From assembly GCA_963754925.1 (NCBI GenBank), contig CAVWHX010000003.1:480001-544000 (forward strand): a stretch of 64,000 nt of DNA, in the 5' to 3' direction. Shown piece after piece: positions 9,397 through 20,579 of this stretch. This stretch comes from an uncultured delta proteobacterium. Lineage in GTDB: Bacteria > Myxococcota > B64-G9. Below the pieces are notes generated by a model, which was given only the letters and a program-made list of their open reading frames with translations, did no database searches and was not told where the DNA came from. Both the position numbers and the translations under genes were made by a program. Each line of letters begins with the position of its first letter. The first letter of the stretch is position 1.

Positions 9397-12012
9397 GTGC
9401 GTATTACATTTGACCCCGCATTTGACTTTGGCGCGTGGCCCGGGCCGCTTGGCAACCGCATCGCTTGCATCGATGAAGCGTGGCTTGGCCCCATGGGCTT
9501 GATAGACCGCTGTGAAACAATTTGTGGCCTCGGCGGGAAATATCTCACTGACGATCAACGGGCGGTCGGGCTCATTGGACGGATAAAGAAAGCGGATACA
9601 CTCTTTTCCTCGTCAGCCGAGGTCGACCCGATCGGCACGGCCAAAAAACTGCTTAACTGGCGCGATGCGCTTTGCATGGGCGGATGGGAAGGACAGGGAA
9701 CGTCAACGCGTCTTTCCCAACTCGCTGCAGTGACCAAGGAGGTCTTGCCGGGCGTTCCGGATCGCTTGAAGGCCATCGCGCGCGCACTTGATAAACACAA
9801 GATTGATGAAATGCAGGTGCGGATGGTAAAGCCAATTCAAAAACTGGGTAAAGCTTGGCAGGCGGTGTTCGCGGCTCTTTCAAGGGCCAGTGGGGAGATC
9901 GGAGAAATCGATCTCCCCGACGCCAAAGCAGAGGGCAATCTGGCGCTTTGCCGGGCGGGGGATAGCTTCGTTCCACAGGAGAACGATGATAGCCTTGTGC
10001 TCTATAGGCCGGGAGGCGTCCTCGAGGGCGCCGAAGAGGTCGCGGCCTGGCTGGCCGAAAAGCAGGACCTGTCTTCGATGGTAATCATCGGTGCGGATAC
10101 GGCACTCGATTGGGCGCTGTATCGCCATGGCCTTCCCACTACCGGCGCCAAGGCGCTTGCACAAGACAATGCCTTGTTGTCCATCCTGCCCCTGATCATG
10201 GACCTCGTGTGGGCGCCGCCGGATCCGCAAAAGGCATTCGAGCTTCTCTTGCTGCATGTAAGCCCGGTGCCGCCGTTTCTTGCAAACGCTTTGGCCGGGG
10301 CGCTTCGAGAGTACCCGGCCGTTGACAGCAACCATTGGCGCGGAGCGATCCAGAAATATGTATCCGCGGTGGAAGACAAAAAGGAACGCAAAGGAATCGA
10401 GCAATGGCTGAAGCTCTTGTTTCAGCCGACAGTCGTAAGAAACCAGCGGATAGCGTCCAGCGCGATCGTGGAACGGATCGATCTGCTGGAGAGTTGGCTG
10501 CAAGCGCATCGCGACCCTGCAAAAGGCGACTTCGATTCGTGGGATGCGGCCGTGAAGCAATGCGAAGCCATGCGCGGGCTTTGCAAGACCGCCGGCTTTT
10601 CGGATTTCTCGCAGCGGGAACTGGAGCGTTTGGTGGAAGTGGCCACCGATGCCGTCGGCGAAAAGCCGTGCTTTGAAGCCCAGGTCGGGCTTGCCTCGGT
10701 CAAAATCCCCGGGGCGATCGCCGGCCAGGTAGATACCGTTGTCTGGTGGGGATTTACGCTTTCGAGCTTCTCGGTAGAAGCCCCGCCTCCGCTCAATAGC
10801 GCAGAGCGAAGAGAGCTTTTGAGTGCGGGGGTGGAACTGCAATCGATAGAAGCGCTTGCGGCCCAGGTATCATCGCAATGGCAAAGGCCGTTTTCTCAGG
10901 CGGCACGAGAGCTGATTATGGTCTGCCCCCAAAAGACCGCATCGGGAGAGGAAGAATTTGCGCACCCGGCCTGGGACGAGATCAAGGCTCGCTTGAAAGA
11001 CGATAAGCTCATTTACCTGATCGATCGACAATCCCTCGCGACCGGGAAGCGACACAAGCGGGAATTGCACGCGCTGGTCAAGCCCACCATAAATTACAAA
11101 ATTGGCGAGAACCTGGTCGGGCCGCGCGGAAAACCCGAGTCCGCCACCAGTCTAAGCTCGCTGTTATCCTGTCCGTTCAAGTATGTGGTCGATTACGTTG
11201 CCCATATAAAAAGCGGCAGAGGGGTCGCTCTTAATAAAGTGGACGACCCCTTGTTGCGTGGAAAAGTCGCCCACGACGTCCTGGAAATGCTGCTTCGTGA
11301 GATGAAAAACGGCAAAACATTTACCGCCGAAACCGCTCGCGCGGCGGTAGAAGCCTGGTTCGATAGCACTACGCCTCGCCTGGCCGCGCAGCTTTGGCTG
11401 CCCGGTAACGACGCCGAACGGGCATTCTTGCGAAACACCATTTCCAGAGCGGCAGGAACGCTCACCGACATTCTCAACAAATCGCGCCTTACCGTGCTCA
11501 AGGTGGAGGAGGAAGAAACGGGAGAGGGGTTTGGCGTCGCGCTCTCCGGCAAACCGGACGTGGTGGTGGGCGAGCCCAAGGGCATCGTGGACATCAAGTG
11601 GGGCGACGCCTCCCGCAGGGTCGAGGAGCTGAAAAACGGCGCGGCGGTGCAGCTCGCACTATACAGCAGCCTGGTCCGATCAAGGGGGGCCGACGATTTT
11701 TTACCGGTCGCCTATTTCATCGTATCGCATAACCGGATGCTTTCGTTGGACGGCAAAGGCGCTATTGGCGATGAAGTGATCCGGGGCCCGAGCCTGCAAC
11801 AGACCTGCGAGGCGATGGAAAAGACGCTTGTCGACTCGTGGGCGGCCCTTCGAAAGGGTGAGGTGCGGGCTCCGGGAGTGGAAACGGACGATGACAAACA
11901 GGAAAACCAAGGGCCGGGCCAGATAGACGGAGAAGGGCTCTCGCTCATTTCAAGGTGCAAGTATTGCGATTACGGGGTCCTGTGCGGCCGGATGTTTAGG
12001 GAGGAAGCATGA
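9397..12012 (+). CDS. AddB-like protein with C-terminal PD-(D/E)xK nuclease and probable Fe-S staple
   Basis: SATSLSSLLSCPFKY, GKPD...IVDIKW, VQLALY and CKYCDYGVLC (1+3 Cys); ATGA overlap with the downstream helicase. Confidence 0.85.
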   Translation: MRITFDPAFDFGAWPGPLGNRIACIDEAWLGPMGLIDRCETICGLGGKYLTDDQRAVGLIGRIKKADTLFSSSAEVDPIGTAKKLLNWRDALCMGGWEGQGTSTRLSQLAAVTKEVLPGVPDRLKAIARALDKHKIDEMQVRMVKPIQKLGKAWQAVFAALSRASGEIGEIDLPDAKAEGNLALCRAGDSFVPQENDDSLVLYRPGGVLEGAEEVAAWLAEKQDLSSMVIIGADTALDWALYRHGLPTTGAKALAQDNALLSILPLIMDLVWAPPDPQKAFELLLLHVSPVPPFLANALAGALREYPAVDSNHWRGAIQKYVSAVEDKKERKGIEQWLKLLFQPTVVRNQRIASSAIVERIDLLESWLQAHRDPAKGDFDSWDAAVKQCEAMRGLCKTAGFSDFSQRELERLVEVATDAVGEKPCFEAQVGLASVKIPGAIAGQVDTVVWWGFTLSSFSVEAPPPLNSAERRELLSAGVELQSIEALAAQVSSQWQRPFSQAARELIMVCPQKTASGEEEFAHPAWDEIKARLKDDKLIYLIDRQSLATGKRHKRELHALVKPTINYKIGENLVGPRGKPESATSLSSLLSCPFKYVVDYVAHIKSGRGVALNKVDDPLLRGKVAHDVLEMLLREMKNGKTFTAETARAAVEAWFDSTTPRLAAQLWLPGNDAERAFLRNTISRAAGTLTDILNKSRLTVLKVEEEETGEGFGVALSGKPDVVVGEPKGIVDIKWGDASRRVEELKNGAAVQLALYSSLVRSRGADDFLPVAYFIVSHNRMLSLDGKGAIGDEVIRGPSLQQTCEAMEKTLVDSWAALRKGEVRAPGVETDDDKQENQGPGQIDGEGLSLISRCKYCDYGVLCGRMFREEA

Positions 12013-15000
12013 AGCCGCCCACCATTATTTCGGCAAGCGCCGGTACGGGAAAGACCCATCGTTTGGCCACCCAGCTTACGGATAGCGTCGAGAAAGACGG
12101 GATCAACCCGGATGGCGTCGTGGCGACCACGTTCACCAACAAGGCCGCGGCCGAGCTCAAGGAGCGGGTGCGCACTCATTTGCTTAAGGCGGGCAAGAAA
12201 GAAGCGGCCGAGCGGCTGGCCTTTGCCCGGATCGGCACGGTGAACTCCATTTGCGCTCGGTTGCTTTCGGAGTACGCGTTTGAAATGGGCGTATCGCCGG
12301 AGCTTTCCGTGCTTGACGAGGCCCAGTCCGCAATAGCGTTCGACCGCGCGCTGTCCATGGCGCTGGCGCAGGGCGAAGACATCGAGCTCGATAAAATCGG
12401 TTCGCGCATGAAAGGCCTGGATTGGGAAAAGGATATCCGAACCATCGTAGACCTCGCCCGATCGAACGGTATAGGTCCGTCGGAGCTTCAAAAGAGCGTC
12501 ACGCGTAGCATGAAAAGCATACTAACGCTGTTTGGCGCGGGTGATCCGCTGGATTTGGGTATCGACAAAGAACTTCGCAAGGCGCTCGAATGCCTCATTT
12601 CCCAGGCGCGGGCCAAGGCCGAGACCCGAAAAAAGGATCTCAAGGGCGCGGGTGAGGATGTTGGAAGACTCCAAAAAATTGTAGCCATTCTTCGAGCTGA
12701 AGAAAGTCTTGCCTGGAGCGAATGGCTTTGGCTGAGAAAACTAAAAATCGCCGCTGACCTCAAGGAAGAGGTGAAGCCGGTGATAGCCATTGCCGAAAGG
12801 CACGAGCAGCATCCGCGATTGCGCGAGGATTGCCGGAGGGTAATTGAGCTGGTCTTCGAAATCGCGGCGAAGGCAATCGACGCCTACGAGGAATACAAGC
12901 GTGATCACGGACTCATCGACTTTGTCGATCAGGAGGTTCAGGCGCTTACGCTCTTGCGGCGCGGGGATGTTAGAAAAAAGCTTCAAGACGAAATCGACCT
13001 TATCCTGGTCGACGAGTTCCAGGACACCAGTCCCCTGCAGTTGGCGATCTTTCTCTCCCTGACGGATCTCGCCCGTTTCGGCAGTTACTGGGTGGGAGAT
13101 CAAAAACAGGCCATCTTCGGTTTTCGGCAGACGGACCCGGCCTTGATGGACGCGGTCATTGACGGTCTCCTGGAAGGAAAAAAGACCGAAACTTTGAGTG
13201 AATCGCACCGCAGCCGGCCGGAGTTGGTGCGCCTGACCTCGGAGCTCTTTTGGCGGGCCTTCGCGCAGGACCAATTGCCCAAGGAACGGGTGGCGATCGA
13301 GCCGCACGAAAAGGAAGACGACCCGGCGCTTGGCCCAATCATGGAGCAATGGTCTCTCGAAGCCAAAAAGAACGCAGACGACACCTCGGCTATCGCCACC
13401 GGGGTGAGACAACTTCTCCAGCAAAAAGACCAGGTCCTGGTTCGGGACAAACAGCAAAAAAAGCCCCGTCCGGTGCGGCCGTGCGACATCGCCGTCTTGT
13501 GCCGCACGAACGAACAGTGCAAGGCAGTGGCCTCGGCCCTCAAAAGGTTGGCAATCGATGCCGTGGTAGCGAGCGCGGGGCTTCTGACCACACCCGAAGC
13601 TCGATTGGTGCTCGCCGGGTTGCGTTACTGGATCGATCCAAAGGACACGCTCGCGGCGGCCGAACTGCTGCGCCTGACCGACTATGCGGGAGAGCCGGAT
13701 CGATTCTTGGAGAGCATTATCGGAACAGAAGTTGAAACGTTGTACGCGGACGCGCAGATTCTCAAGCGGGTTCGGGAATGTCACGATCGATCGTGCCACT
13801 CGGGCGGTATGGCGATCCTGGAAGAGGTGATGGAGGCGGTGGAGGCGCGCGAATGGTGCTTGCGCTGGGGAAATTCAGCTGCGCGGCTGGCAAACCTGGA
13901 TGCCCTTCGAGAGCATGCTTTCAAGCTGCTCAATAATGAACGCTTCGGCGTAAAAACGCCCGCGGCGCTGCTTGCGGGGCTCGAGGAACTGGCCACGGTG
14001 AAACAGAGATCGCAAGGCCACGAGGCTCGACGAGAATGCCGTGGTGGTCTCCACATGGCACGCGGCAAAGGGCCTCGAATGGCCCATCGTGGTTCTGTAC
14101 GGGCAGAGGCAGCAAAACAACATACACGGGTTCGGGCCGCAGATCTTTTCGGATGTCGCCGGGGTGAAACTCGACGACCCCTTGGCGGGGCGCTGGATCC
14201 GCTATTGGGTCTCGCCGTATGAAAGCAACACGAAGGACTCACCGTTCCATACACGGCTTGCTCAAGATATCCCGACCCAAGAGCTTGCCAAAAAAGACTC
14301 ACGGGAGCAGAGGCGCTTGCTGTACGTCGGCTGGACGCGCGCTCGGGACCGCGTGGTCTTGGTTTCGAGGAAAGGCAAGCTCAACGAGAACATCTTCGGA
14401 CTGCTTTCGGAAAACGGCGTGCCGCTTTTAGAAGAGATCCTGGAAGGCGATGGTATTCGGGAAGCGACGTGGGCGGGAATGAAGGTCCGTGTTCAGGTCC
14501 GCCGATTGAGCCCGACAGATTCGGTCGCGCAGGAAGCAAAGCCCGGCGAGGCTCCGCTGCCCGCGGGCCCCAAGGACCATCCGCGCGCCTGGCTTACGCC
14601 TTCAAAGGACGCTAAACCGGTGCGGGCAAAGATCAGTGAGCCCGTGGTTCTTGGGAATAGACTGAAAATTCCCTCGGGAATGGATATGAATGTCTTTGGC
14701 AACGCCATTCATGGGTTTTTGGCGGCAGATCGTGAAGGTTTGACGGAAGACCAACGGACCACCCTCGCGCAGGGGCTTATCGGGCGCTGGGGGCTTAGCA
14801 CTGAACTCTCTTCCGAGCAATTACTTACGATCAACGCACGGTTTAGGAATTGGGTGGCCGCGAAATGGCCTTTCGCTACCTGGCATCGCGAGATACCGAT
14901 TATGCATCGGTTGGACGGCGGCAGCATCATGCGGGGCAATTGCGATCTCGCGCTTGAAACCCAGGATGGATGGGTAGTCATCGATCACAAGTCATTTCCA

Positions 15001-15189
15001 GGAACCATTGAAGACGCCAAAAAAGAAGCGGAGAACTACGCCTCTCAACTCTTTGCGTATGCCGATGCAATCAAAGCAGCAACCGGAAAGGATGTGCGCG
15101 GATGCTGGGTGCACATGCCGGTGATGGGGATTATCGTGCAATTGTTCGATCCGGCGTCGGCGGATCCGACAATTACAAGTAAAACTTAA
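12009..15189 (+). CDS. AddA-like UvrD helicase with RecB-type nuclease; +1 frame break at ~14007
   Basis: ASAGTGKT, TFTNKAAAELKER, LVDEFQD and VGDQKQAIFGFR in 12009-14006; STWHAAKGLEW, LLYVGWTRAR, CDLA...IDHKS and QLFAY in the next frame. Confidence 0.9.
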
Positions 15190-16561
15190 ACTCCATATAG
15201 AAGATATTCGGATAGGTTCCAAATTCACTGGCAAAACCCGACGAAGGGCGTTTGCCGAGGCCGATCATCGCCCCGAACACGAAGTCCACCTCGTCAGCCA
15301 AAGAAAGCGCCAAACCCGGTTGCAGCAAGCTAGAATAATCCGAAAAGGAAAAAATCCACACCAGCGAGCCGGTGAGTATCGGCAGGATCTCGTAGCTGGT
15401 CATTAAGCCGAGCAGGTGCTGTCCGGCATTAAGAGTCTCACCGGCGGAAATCCGAACAAAGGCTGAGTCCAGATGATTCGGGTCTCCCAACCCGTTGAAC
15501 AGATACTCGGTCTCCAGCGTAAGTGTGTTTTGGAAGCGGTGCCCGAGGCCCAGCACGCCGGAGAAATGGCTCCAGCGCATCGTCCCGTTCAGCCCATCAG
15601 GGAGCGGATCGGCGTCGACCACTATGAAATAGGCTGCCTCGCCCCGAACCTCGATCGGCCCCAGCTCCCCGACCGTCCCGGCCCCGATCTGGTAGCCGCC
15701 GTAAACCTTACCGGCCTGCGCCGAAAAATCGAACCCGCCAAGCGTCGTATAGAACCGCGCCAGGAGAGCCGAACCTTCCCAGGAAACACCTTCGGTCGAG
15801 AGGTTAAGGTTTTTCTCATCCACCGAGATGGTTGAACCGAGCACGCCGATCACGTTGAGTCCGGTGAACTGGCCCAACGGAATATTGAGGCGCACGGCGT
15901 CCACGCCGGCCTTGTAATCGCGATCGAACTGACGCGGATCGAAAGGCAGAAAAACGTCCGTGGGGTTCCAGAAATACGCCTTTCCAAATGTAATTGCCTG
16001 GCGGCCTACGATCAGGTCCAGCCACGGGAGAAGGAACGTCACGTTCAATCTATCCAGCCACAGGGTTGCGCCTACATTGGATTCCGAGGCCCAGGTCCAG
16101 CCGGCGCCCCAGGTTCGATACCGGGTGGCGCCACCGCCAGCGCCGAATCCCGGCACAATCGAGTTGCTCCCCGCCACGCTGGCTTGGGTGGTCGCGGTAA
16201 TGCTTTGGACGGCATGCACCTCGTAGTACAACCATGAAAGCGGCTTTTGCTCGGCCGTCAAACGCAGCAGGGTCTGGGAGATGGCGTCGGCGCGATGGTT
16301 ATCGGGGAACAAGATCGGGTTCGGGTAGTTGATGGTAAAAGCGCTGATGGTACGAAAGCTGGCGCCGAGCCCGGCGGCCTCGACCATCCGATTGAAAAGA
16401 CCGGCGGGCTTTTCGCCCGATGCCGAATCTCCGGGCGCTGCGGCCGTGCCACCGGTGTCCGGACTCATCACCGTTGCGTCGGACCCCTCTTGGTTCCCCA
16501 ATGAAGGTTGAGCAGCGCCGATTCCCGCCAGGGTCACCGTTGCTATCAGCATGATTCGCAT
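15173..16561 (-). CDS. Putative outer-membrane beta-barrel protein
   Basis: Signal peptide, LDRL...VGRQAITFG...WNPTD motif, C-terminal aromatic strand MEFKFYL; last gene of the ABC operon. Confidence 0.7.
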   Translation of the reverse strand: MRIMLIATVTLAGIGAAQPSLGNQEGSDATVMSPDTGGTAAAPGDSASGEKPAGLFNRMVEAAGLGASFRTISAFTINYPNPILFPDNHRADAISQTLLRLTAEQKPLSWLYYEVHAVQSITATTQASVAGSNSIVPGFGAGGGATRYRTWGAGWTWASESNVGATLWLDRLNVTFLLPWLDLIVGRQAITFGKAYFWNPTDVFLPFDPRQFDRDYKAGVDAVRLNIPLGQFTGLNVIGVLGSTISVDEKNLNLSTEGVSWEGSALLARFYTTLGGFDFSAQAGKVYGGYQIGAGTVGELGPIEVRGEAAYFIVVDADPLPDGLNGTMRWSHFSGVLGLGHRFQNTLTLETEYLFNGLGDPNHLDSAFVRISAGETLNAGQHLLGLMTSYEILPILTGSLVWIFSFSDYSSLLQPGLALSLADEVDFVFGAMIGLGKRPSSGFASEFGTYPNIFYMEFKFYL

Positions 16562-16588
16562 CGGTATGGTCCCTCCGCGGGCGCAAGC

Positions 16589-17296
16589 TTAGGCGATTGC
16601 GCGAAACCCCTCAAAATCCCCGTCATAGGTGATGCGCCCGTCGGTGAGTTGCACCAACCGTTTCGCATGCGACATCACGTGGGCATCGTGGGTGGAAAAC
16701 AGGAAGGTCACGCCCTTTTCCTGGTTGAGCTCCACCATCAAATCGATCAGTCCCTCGGCGGTCTTCGAGTCCAGGTTGGCGGTAGGCTCGTCCGCCAGGA
16801 TCAGTGCGGGCTCGGCCGCCACGGCCCGGGCCACCGCCACCCGCTGCTGCTGCCCGCCGGAGAGCTGGCGCGGAAAGCGCTTCTCCAAGCCCTGCAAACC
16901 GACGCGCTTGAGCAGAGCCATGACCTTTTCCCGGCGCTTTTTGGCCGGAACACCTTGCAGCAAGAGTACGTATTCGGCGTTCTCATAAGCCGTCAGCACC
17001 GGCAGCAGGTTGTAGGCCTGAAAGACAAAACCAATTCTTCGCAATCGCAAGCGGCTCAGGGCAGTGCGGCTCAACGAGGTTATGTCGTGCCCGTCGACTT
17101 CGACGGAGCCTTCGGTCGGACTATCAAGCCCACCGACAATGTTGAGCAGGGTGCTCTTACCCGAACCGGACGGGCCGACCACGGCGACGAAGGAACCGGG
17201 TTGCAGCGTGAGGTTCAGGTCCTGCAGGGCGTGGACCGTGATTTCGCCCTGACCGTAATCCCGGGTAACGTTATGCAGGTGGATAATTGGTTGCAT
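16589..17296 (-). CDS. ABC transporter ATP-binding protein, LolD/MacB-like
   Basis: GPSGSGKST, LSGGQQQRVA, ADEPTANLD and STHD motifs. Confidence 0.95.
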   Translation of the reverse strand: MQPIIHLHNVTRDYGQGEITVHALQDLNLTLQPGSFVAVVGPSGSGKSTLLNIVGGLDSPTEGSVEVDGHDITSLSRTALSRLRLRRIGFVFQAYNLLPVLTAYENAEYVLLLQGVPAKKRREKVMALLKRVGLQGLEKRFPRQLSGGQQQRVAVARAVAAEPALILADEPTANLDSKTAEGLIDLMVELNQEKGVTFLFSTHDAHVMSHAKRLVQLTDGRITYDGDFEGFRAIA

Positions 17297-17299
17297 GGG

Positions 17300-18529
17300 T
17301 CACCTCAGCACGTCCGCCACGGGCACCGTGGCCGCGCGACGCATCGGGTAAATGCTTAAGAGCAGTGTCGTTCCGAACACCGTTAAGCCCAACGTAACCA
17401 AGAGCCCGGCGGTTACCCGAGCGTATACGATGGGCGAAACAGCCACCCCGGCAATGGCCGTCCCCTCCTTCAGGAAGCTACTCAGGTCAAGGCCGTATAT
17501 TTTCAGAAGGTAGGATGCTCCCCCGCCGAGAATGAGGCCCAGGGCGCAGCCCAGAAGGCCGAGGTAGACCGACTCAAGTAAAATTTGGACCTGCAGGCGC
17601 CGCGGCGGCGTTCCGATTGCCAGCACCAGCGCAAACTCGCGGCGTCGTTCCAACACCGACATCAGTATCGTATTGAAGATGGTGAACATGATCAGGAACA
17701 ACAGAAGCCCTTGATAGATCTGGTTGGAGTAGCCGTCCATGGCGATGTACGAGGCAAGCTCCGGCAAGATTTGATCCCAGGAATAGGCCGCAACCGGTTT
17801 ACCGGCAATCAGTGCCCGGATCTCGCGCAGGCTGTCTTGCAGCTCGTCGGGATCCCTCAACACCACTCCCAGTTGGGTAACCTGATCCGGCCCGAGGCTG
17901 AACAACGTACGGGCGAATCCAATCGGCACCTGCACCAGGTATCCGTCCACCTCATCGGAGCCCACTTCGAAGATGCCCTTCACCCGCGTCAGCTCCTCCA
18001 CCAAGTTGCCGTACACGTCGTTGGTGGTCAACACCAGCTTCTTGCCGATATCCAGCTTGAGTTGGCGGGCCAACCCACTGCCGATCACGACGTCGCGTCC
18101 CGTGATCTCTTCCAGATACGATCCGCGAATGATTCTTTTAGCGAGCGGTGAGGATCGGGCCTCGATCGCCGGCTCTACCCCCATCACCACCACGCCCACT
18201 CCATTGGCGCTCGATTGGGCCACGCCCTGGCCCAGGATCAAGGCCTTGACCTCCTCGACCGCCGGCAGTCGGGCGATGCGCTGCCGGAACGCGCGGTCCT
18301 CGGATACGGCCAGATCCACCGCCGGGGCATTCCGATACTCGGGGTGTTCCAGGGTAATGTGCCCGCCCTGGATCCGTACGGCGTCATCGATCATTTTAGC
18401 GTAAAAGCCCTCGGCGATAGCGATGAACACGACCGCCAGGAAAAGGCCCAACCCGATGGAGCTCGTGGTAATCAGGGTCCGACGTTTGTTGCGCCAAAGG
18501 CTGCGCCACGCCAGTTTGAAGGTCAGCAC
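17300..18529 (-). CDS. ABC transporter permease, FtsX/LolC-E-like
   Basis: LAWRSLWRNKRRT, periplasmic domain, NTILMSVLERRREF, 4 TM segments. Confidence 0.92.
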   Translation of the reverse strand: MLTFKLAWRSLWRNKRRTLITTSSIGLGLFLAVVFIAIAEGFYAKMIDDAVRIQGGHITLEHPEYRNAPAVDLAVSEDRAFRQRIARLPAVEEVKALILGQGVAQSSANGVGVVVMGVEPAIEARSSPLAKRIIRGSYLEEITGRDVVIGSGLARQLKLDIGKKLVLTTNDVYGNLVEELTRVKGIFEVGSDEVDGYLVQVPIGFARTLFSLGPDQVTQLGVVLRDPDELQDSLREIRALIAGKPVAAYSWDQILPELASYIAMDGYSNQIYQGLLLFLIMFTIFNTILMSVLERRREFALVLAIGTPPRRLQVQILLESVYLGLLGCALGLILGGGASYLLKIYGLDLSSFLKEGTAIAGVAVSPIVYARVTAGLLVTLGLTVFGTTLLLSIYPMRRAATVPVADVLR

Positions 18530-18547
18530 CGTCTCCTCCTCTAAACG

Positions 18548-19780
18548 TTAAACATCAGTCATGGCGCGCACCGGGTTGATCCGGGCGGCCTTGGCGGCCG
18601 GCCAGAGGGCCGCCAGCACCGCAACCCCCCATAAGGCCAGCACCGGTGTCAACACCACATGCCACGAAAGTTCGGCGTGCCAGATGGGATCAAAGGCCAC
18701 GCCTGCGGTGGTGAAGCTCGAAAACAGCGATGTCATGTCTAAGCCGCGATCCTGCAGCAGGCTGACGACGGGCACCGCGATGGCCAGTCCGATTACGGTG
18801 GCGGCCAGAACCATCAACACGGCCTCGGTAGCAACGCCCACGACGATGCGCCCCGGCGAAGTCCCCAACGCCTTTAAAACGCCGAACTCGCGGATGCGCT
18901 CAAACGTCGCCATCAGCATGGTGTTGAGCACCCCAAGACCGGCGGCCAGGAAGAATATCGATCCGAAGATCCAGATGGCCACATGGTACACATCCACCAT
19001 ATAGGCCAGCTGCGGCAGGAGCTGCCGCCAGGTGCGCAGGTCCTGTCCTGCTGCGCTGGATCCCAACATGCCCGCAATCGATTCGGGGGAAATGCGGCCA
19101 TGGGTGTTGAAGGCAATTTCATGCACGAAGCCCGGTGCCACAAACAGGTCCGCAAAGTCCTGGCGGGTCATCAACGCGGCACCGCGATCGATGGTTTCAC
19201 TTACGGTTTTTAAGATGCCGACCACCGTAAACAGCTCATTCCCCAAAGATCCGTCGCCAGCCTGAACCACCACCACAATTTCCGAGCCAACTACTGCATT
19301 CAGGGAGCGGGCGAGCTTCGCTCCCAGCACCAGCGGCCGCGACGAACCCGGTTCGGCATCGGCTGGATCGAAGAAGGATCCGGATGCCAGGTGGCGATAC
19401 AGGTCAAAAGCCTCCCGCTCGGCAGCCGGGTTCACCCCCCAGAACCGCGCCCCAGCCGACTTAGTTCCCTGGGAAACCAGCCCGAAGCCATATGAGCGTG
19501 GCGCCGCCGCAATGCGCTTCCGGGCGGCGTTGTCAAGTACCTTCTGCGGATCCGGGATGGTCGTATAAAATGATCGGTCGGATAGGTATCCCGGGGCGTG
19601 CAGTTGGGCCTCGCCGGTCACCAGGTTGGTGGCGTTCGAAACCAATTGAGCCCATAAGCCGTCCATCAGGCTGTACGAGATGATCAAGATAGCGGCGTTG
19701 AGGGCCACCGCCGCCATGGTGATGGCGGTGCGCTTGCCGTTGCGCCACAAATTGCGCCAGCCGATCCGCAGGGTGAGCAT
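18548..19780 (-). CDS. ABC transporter permease, FtsX/LolC-E-like
   Basis: WRNLWRNGKRT and NTMLMATFERIREFGVLKALG motifs. Confidence 0.92.
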   Translation of the reverse strand: MLTLRIGWRNLWRNGKRTAITMAAVALNAAILIISYSLMDGLWAQLVSNATNLVTGEAQLHAPGYLSDRSFYTTIPDPQKVLDNAARKRIAAAPRSYGFGLVSQGTKSAGARFWGVNPAAEREAFDLYRHLASGSFFDPADAEPGSSRPLVLGAKLARSLNAVVGSEIVVVVQAGDGSLGNELFTVVGILKTVSETIDRGAALMTRQDFADLFVAPGFVHEIAFNTHGRISPESIAGMLGSSAAGQDLRTWRQLLPQLAYMVDVYHVAIWIFGSIFFLAAGLGVLNTMLMATFERIREFGVLKALGTSPGRIVVGVATEAVLMVLAATVIGLAIAVPVVSLLQDRGLDMTSLFSSFTTAGVAFDPIWHAELSWHVVLTPVLALWGVAVLAALWPAAKAARINPVRAMTDV

Positions 19781-19789
19781 ATCGTCTCC

Positions 19790-20557
19790 TCATCGCTCCA
19801 GATTCTGCAGGCTGAACAGATCGTCCTCAAGCGGCTGGTCGAACTGGATGTCATGGTAGGTAATTTCGGTATGCTCGTTGGGCTTGTCGGCCGGTACCAT
19901 GCGGGTCACGCTGGGTAAAACACGATCCTGCATTGTCCGCACCTTTGAAAAGGTCATGGTCCGGGACAACTTCAGGTCCTCATCATAAAAGAGCACCTGG
20001 AGGGGAATGGTATCCGATGTGCGGACCGTCGCCACCACTTTACCCCAGACTACTGCGGCCTGGGGCTTTGGAATGCAGGTGATATCGACTACGTCCTGAT
20101 TTTCGCGTGTGCCGTCGAAGGAAATCGAGAAATCGTAGTCATCGGCCATGCGGCTCTCCTTAACTAAATCATCGTTGGTGAAATGACTGCCCATCCAGGA
20201 GCCGCCCATCATGGAGGAAGGGATTTTGATGATACGCTTGACCTTGGGCAGAAAGTTCCAGATTTCGTTGCCAGATTTTAACGTGGCCGTGCCCTTTTCT
20301 TTGGCCGGGGCCACTATGCGGATCAAGGATTTGTCCTTGCCCTTATTCCAAAACTCCAAGCTCATTTCGCGGGTCCAGTGGGCGGTTACCACCTTCATGG
20401 TCATCCGGCCGTGGGCCGACTGTCCGCGGTAGAGGTCGTCGATCCGGTCGAGGATCTCCTTGGCCCGATTGGAGTAGGAAGGCGCCGGAAGGGAAGCACC
20501 GAGCAGCAATACGCAGAAGAACAGCACCGCCAATGAATAGTGTTCCTTTTTCCTCAT
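19790..20557 (-). CDS. LolA-like outer-membrane lipoprotein-sorting protein
   Basis: APAKEKGTATLK, SWMGSHFTNDDL and C-terminal FSLQNLER; signal peptide. Confidence 0.88.
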   Translation of the reverse strand: MRKKEHYSLAVLFFCVLLLGASLPAPSYSNRAKEILDRIDDLYRGQSAHGRMTMKVVTAHWTREMSLEFWNKGKDKSLIRIVAPAKEKGTATLKSGNEIWNFLPKVKRIIKIPSSMMGGSWMGSHFTNDDLVKESRMADDYDFSISFDGTRENQDVVDITCIPKPQAAVVWGKVVATVRTSDTIPLQVLFYDEDLKLSRTMTFSKVRTMQDRVLPSVTRMVPADKPNEHTEITYHDIQFDQPLEDDLFSLQNLER

Positions 20558-20579
20558 GCCCGTGTCACAGGGTTAGCGG

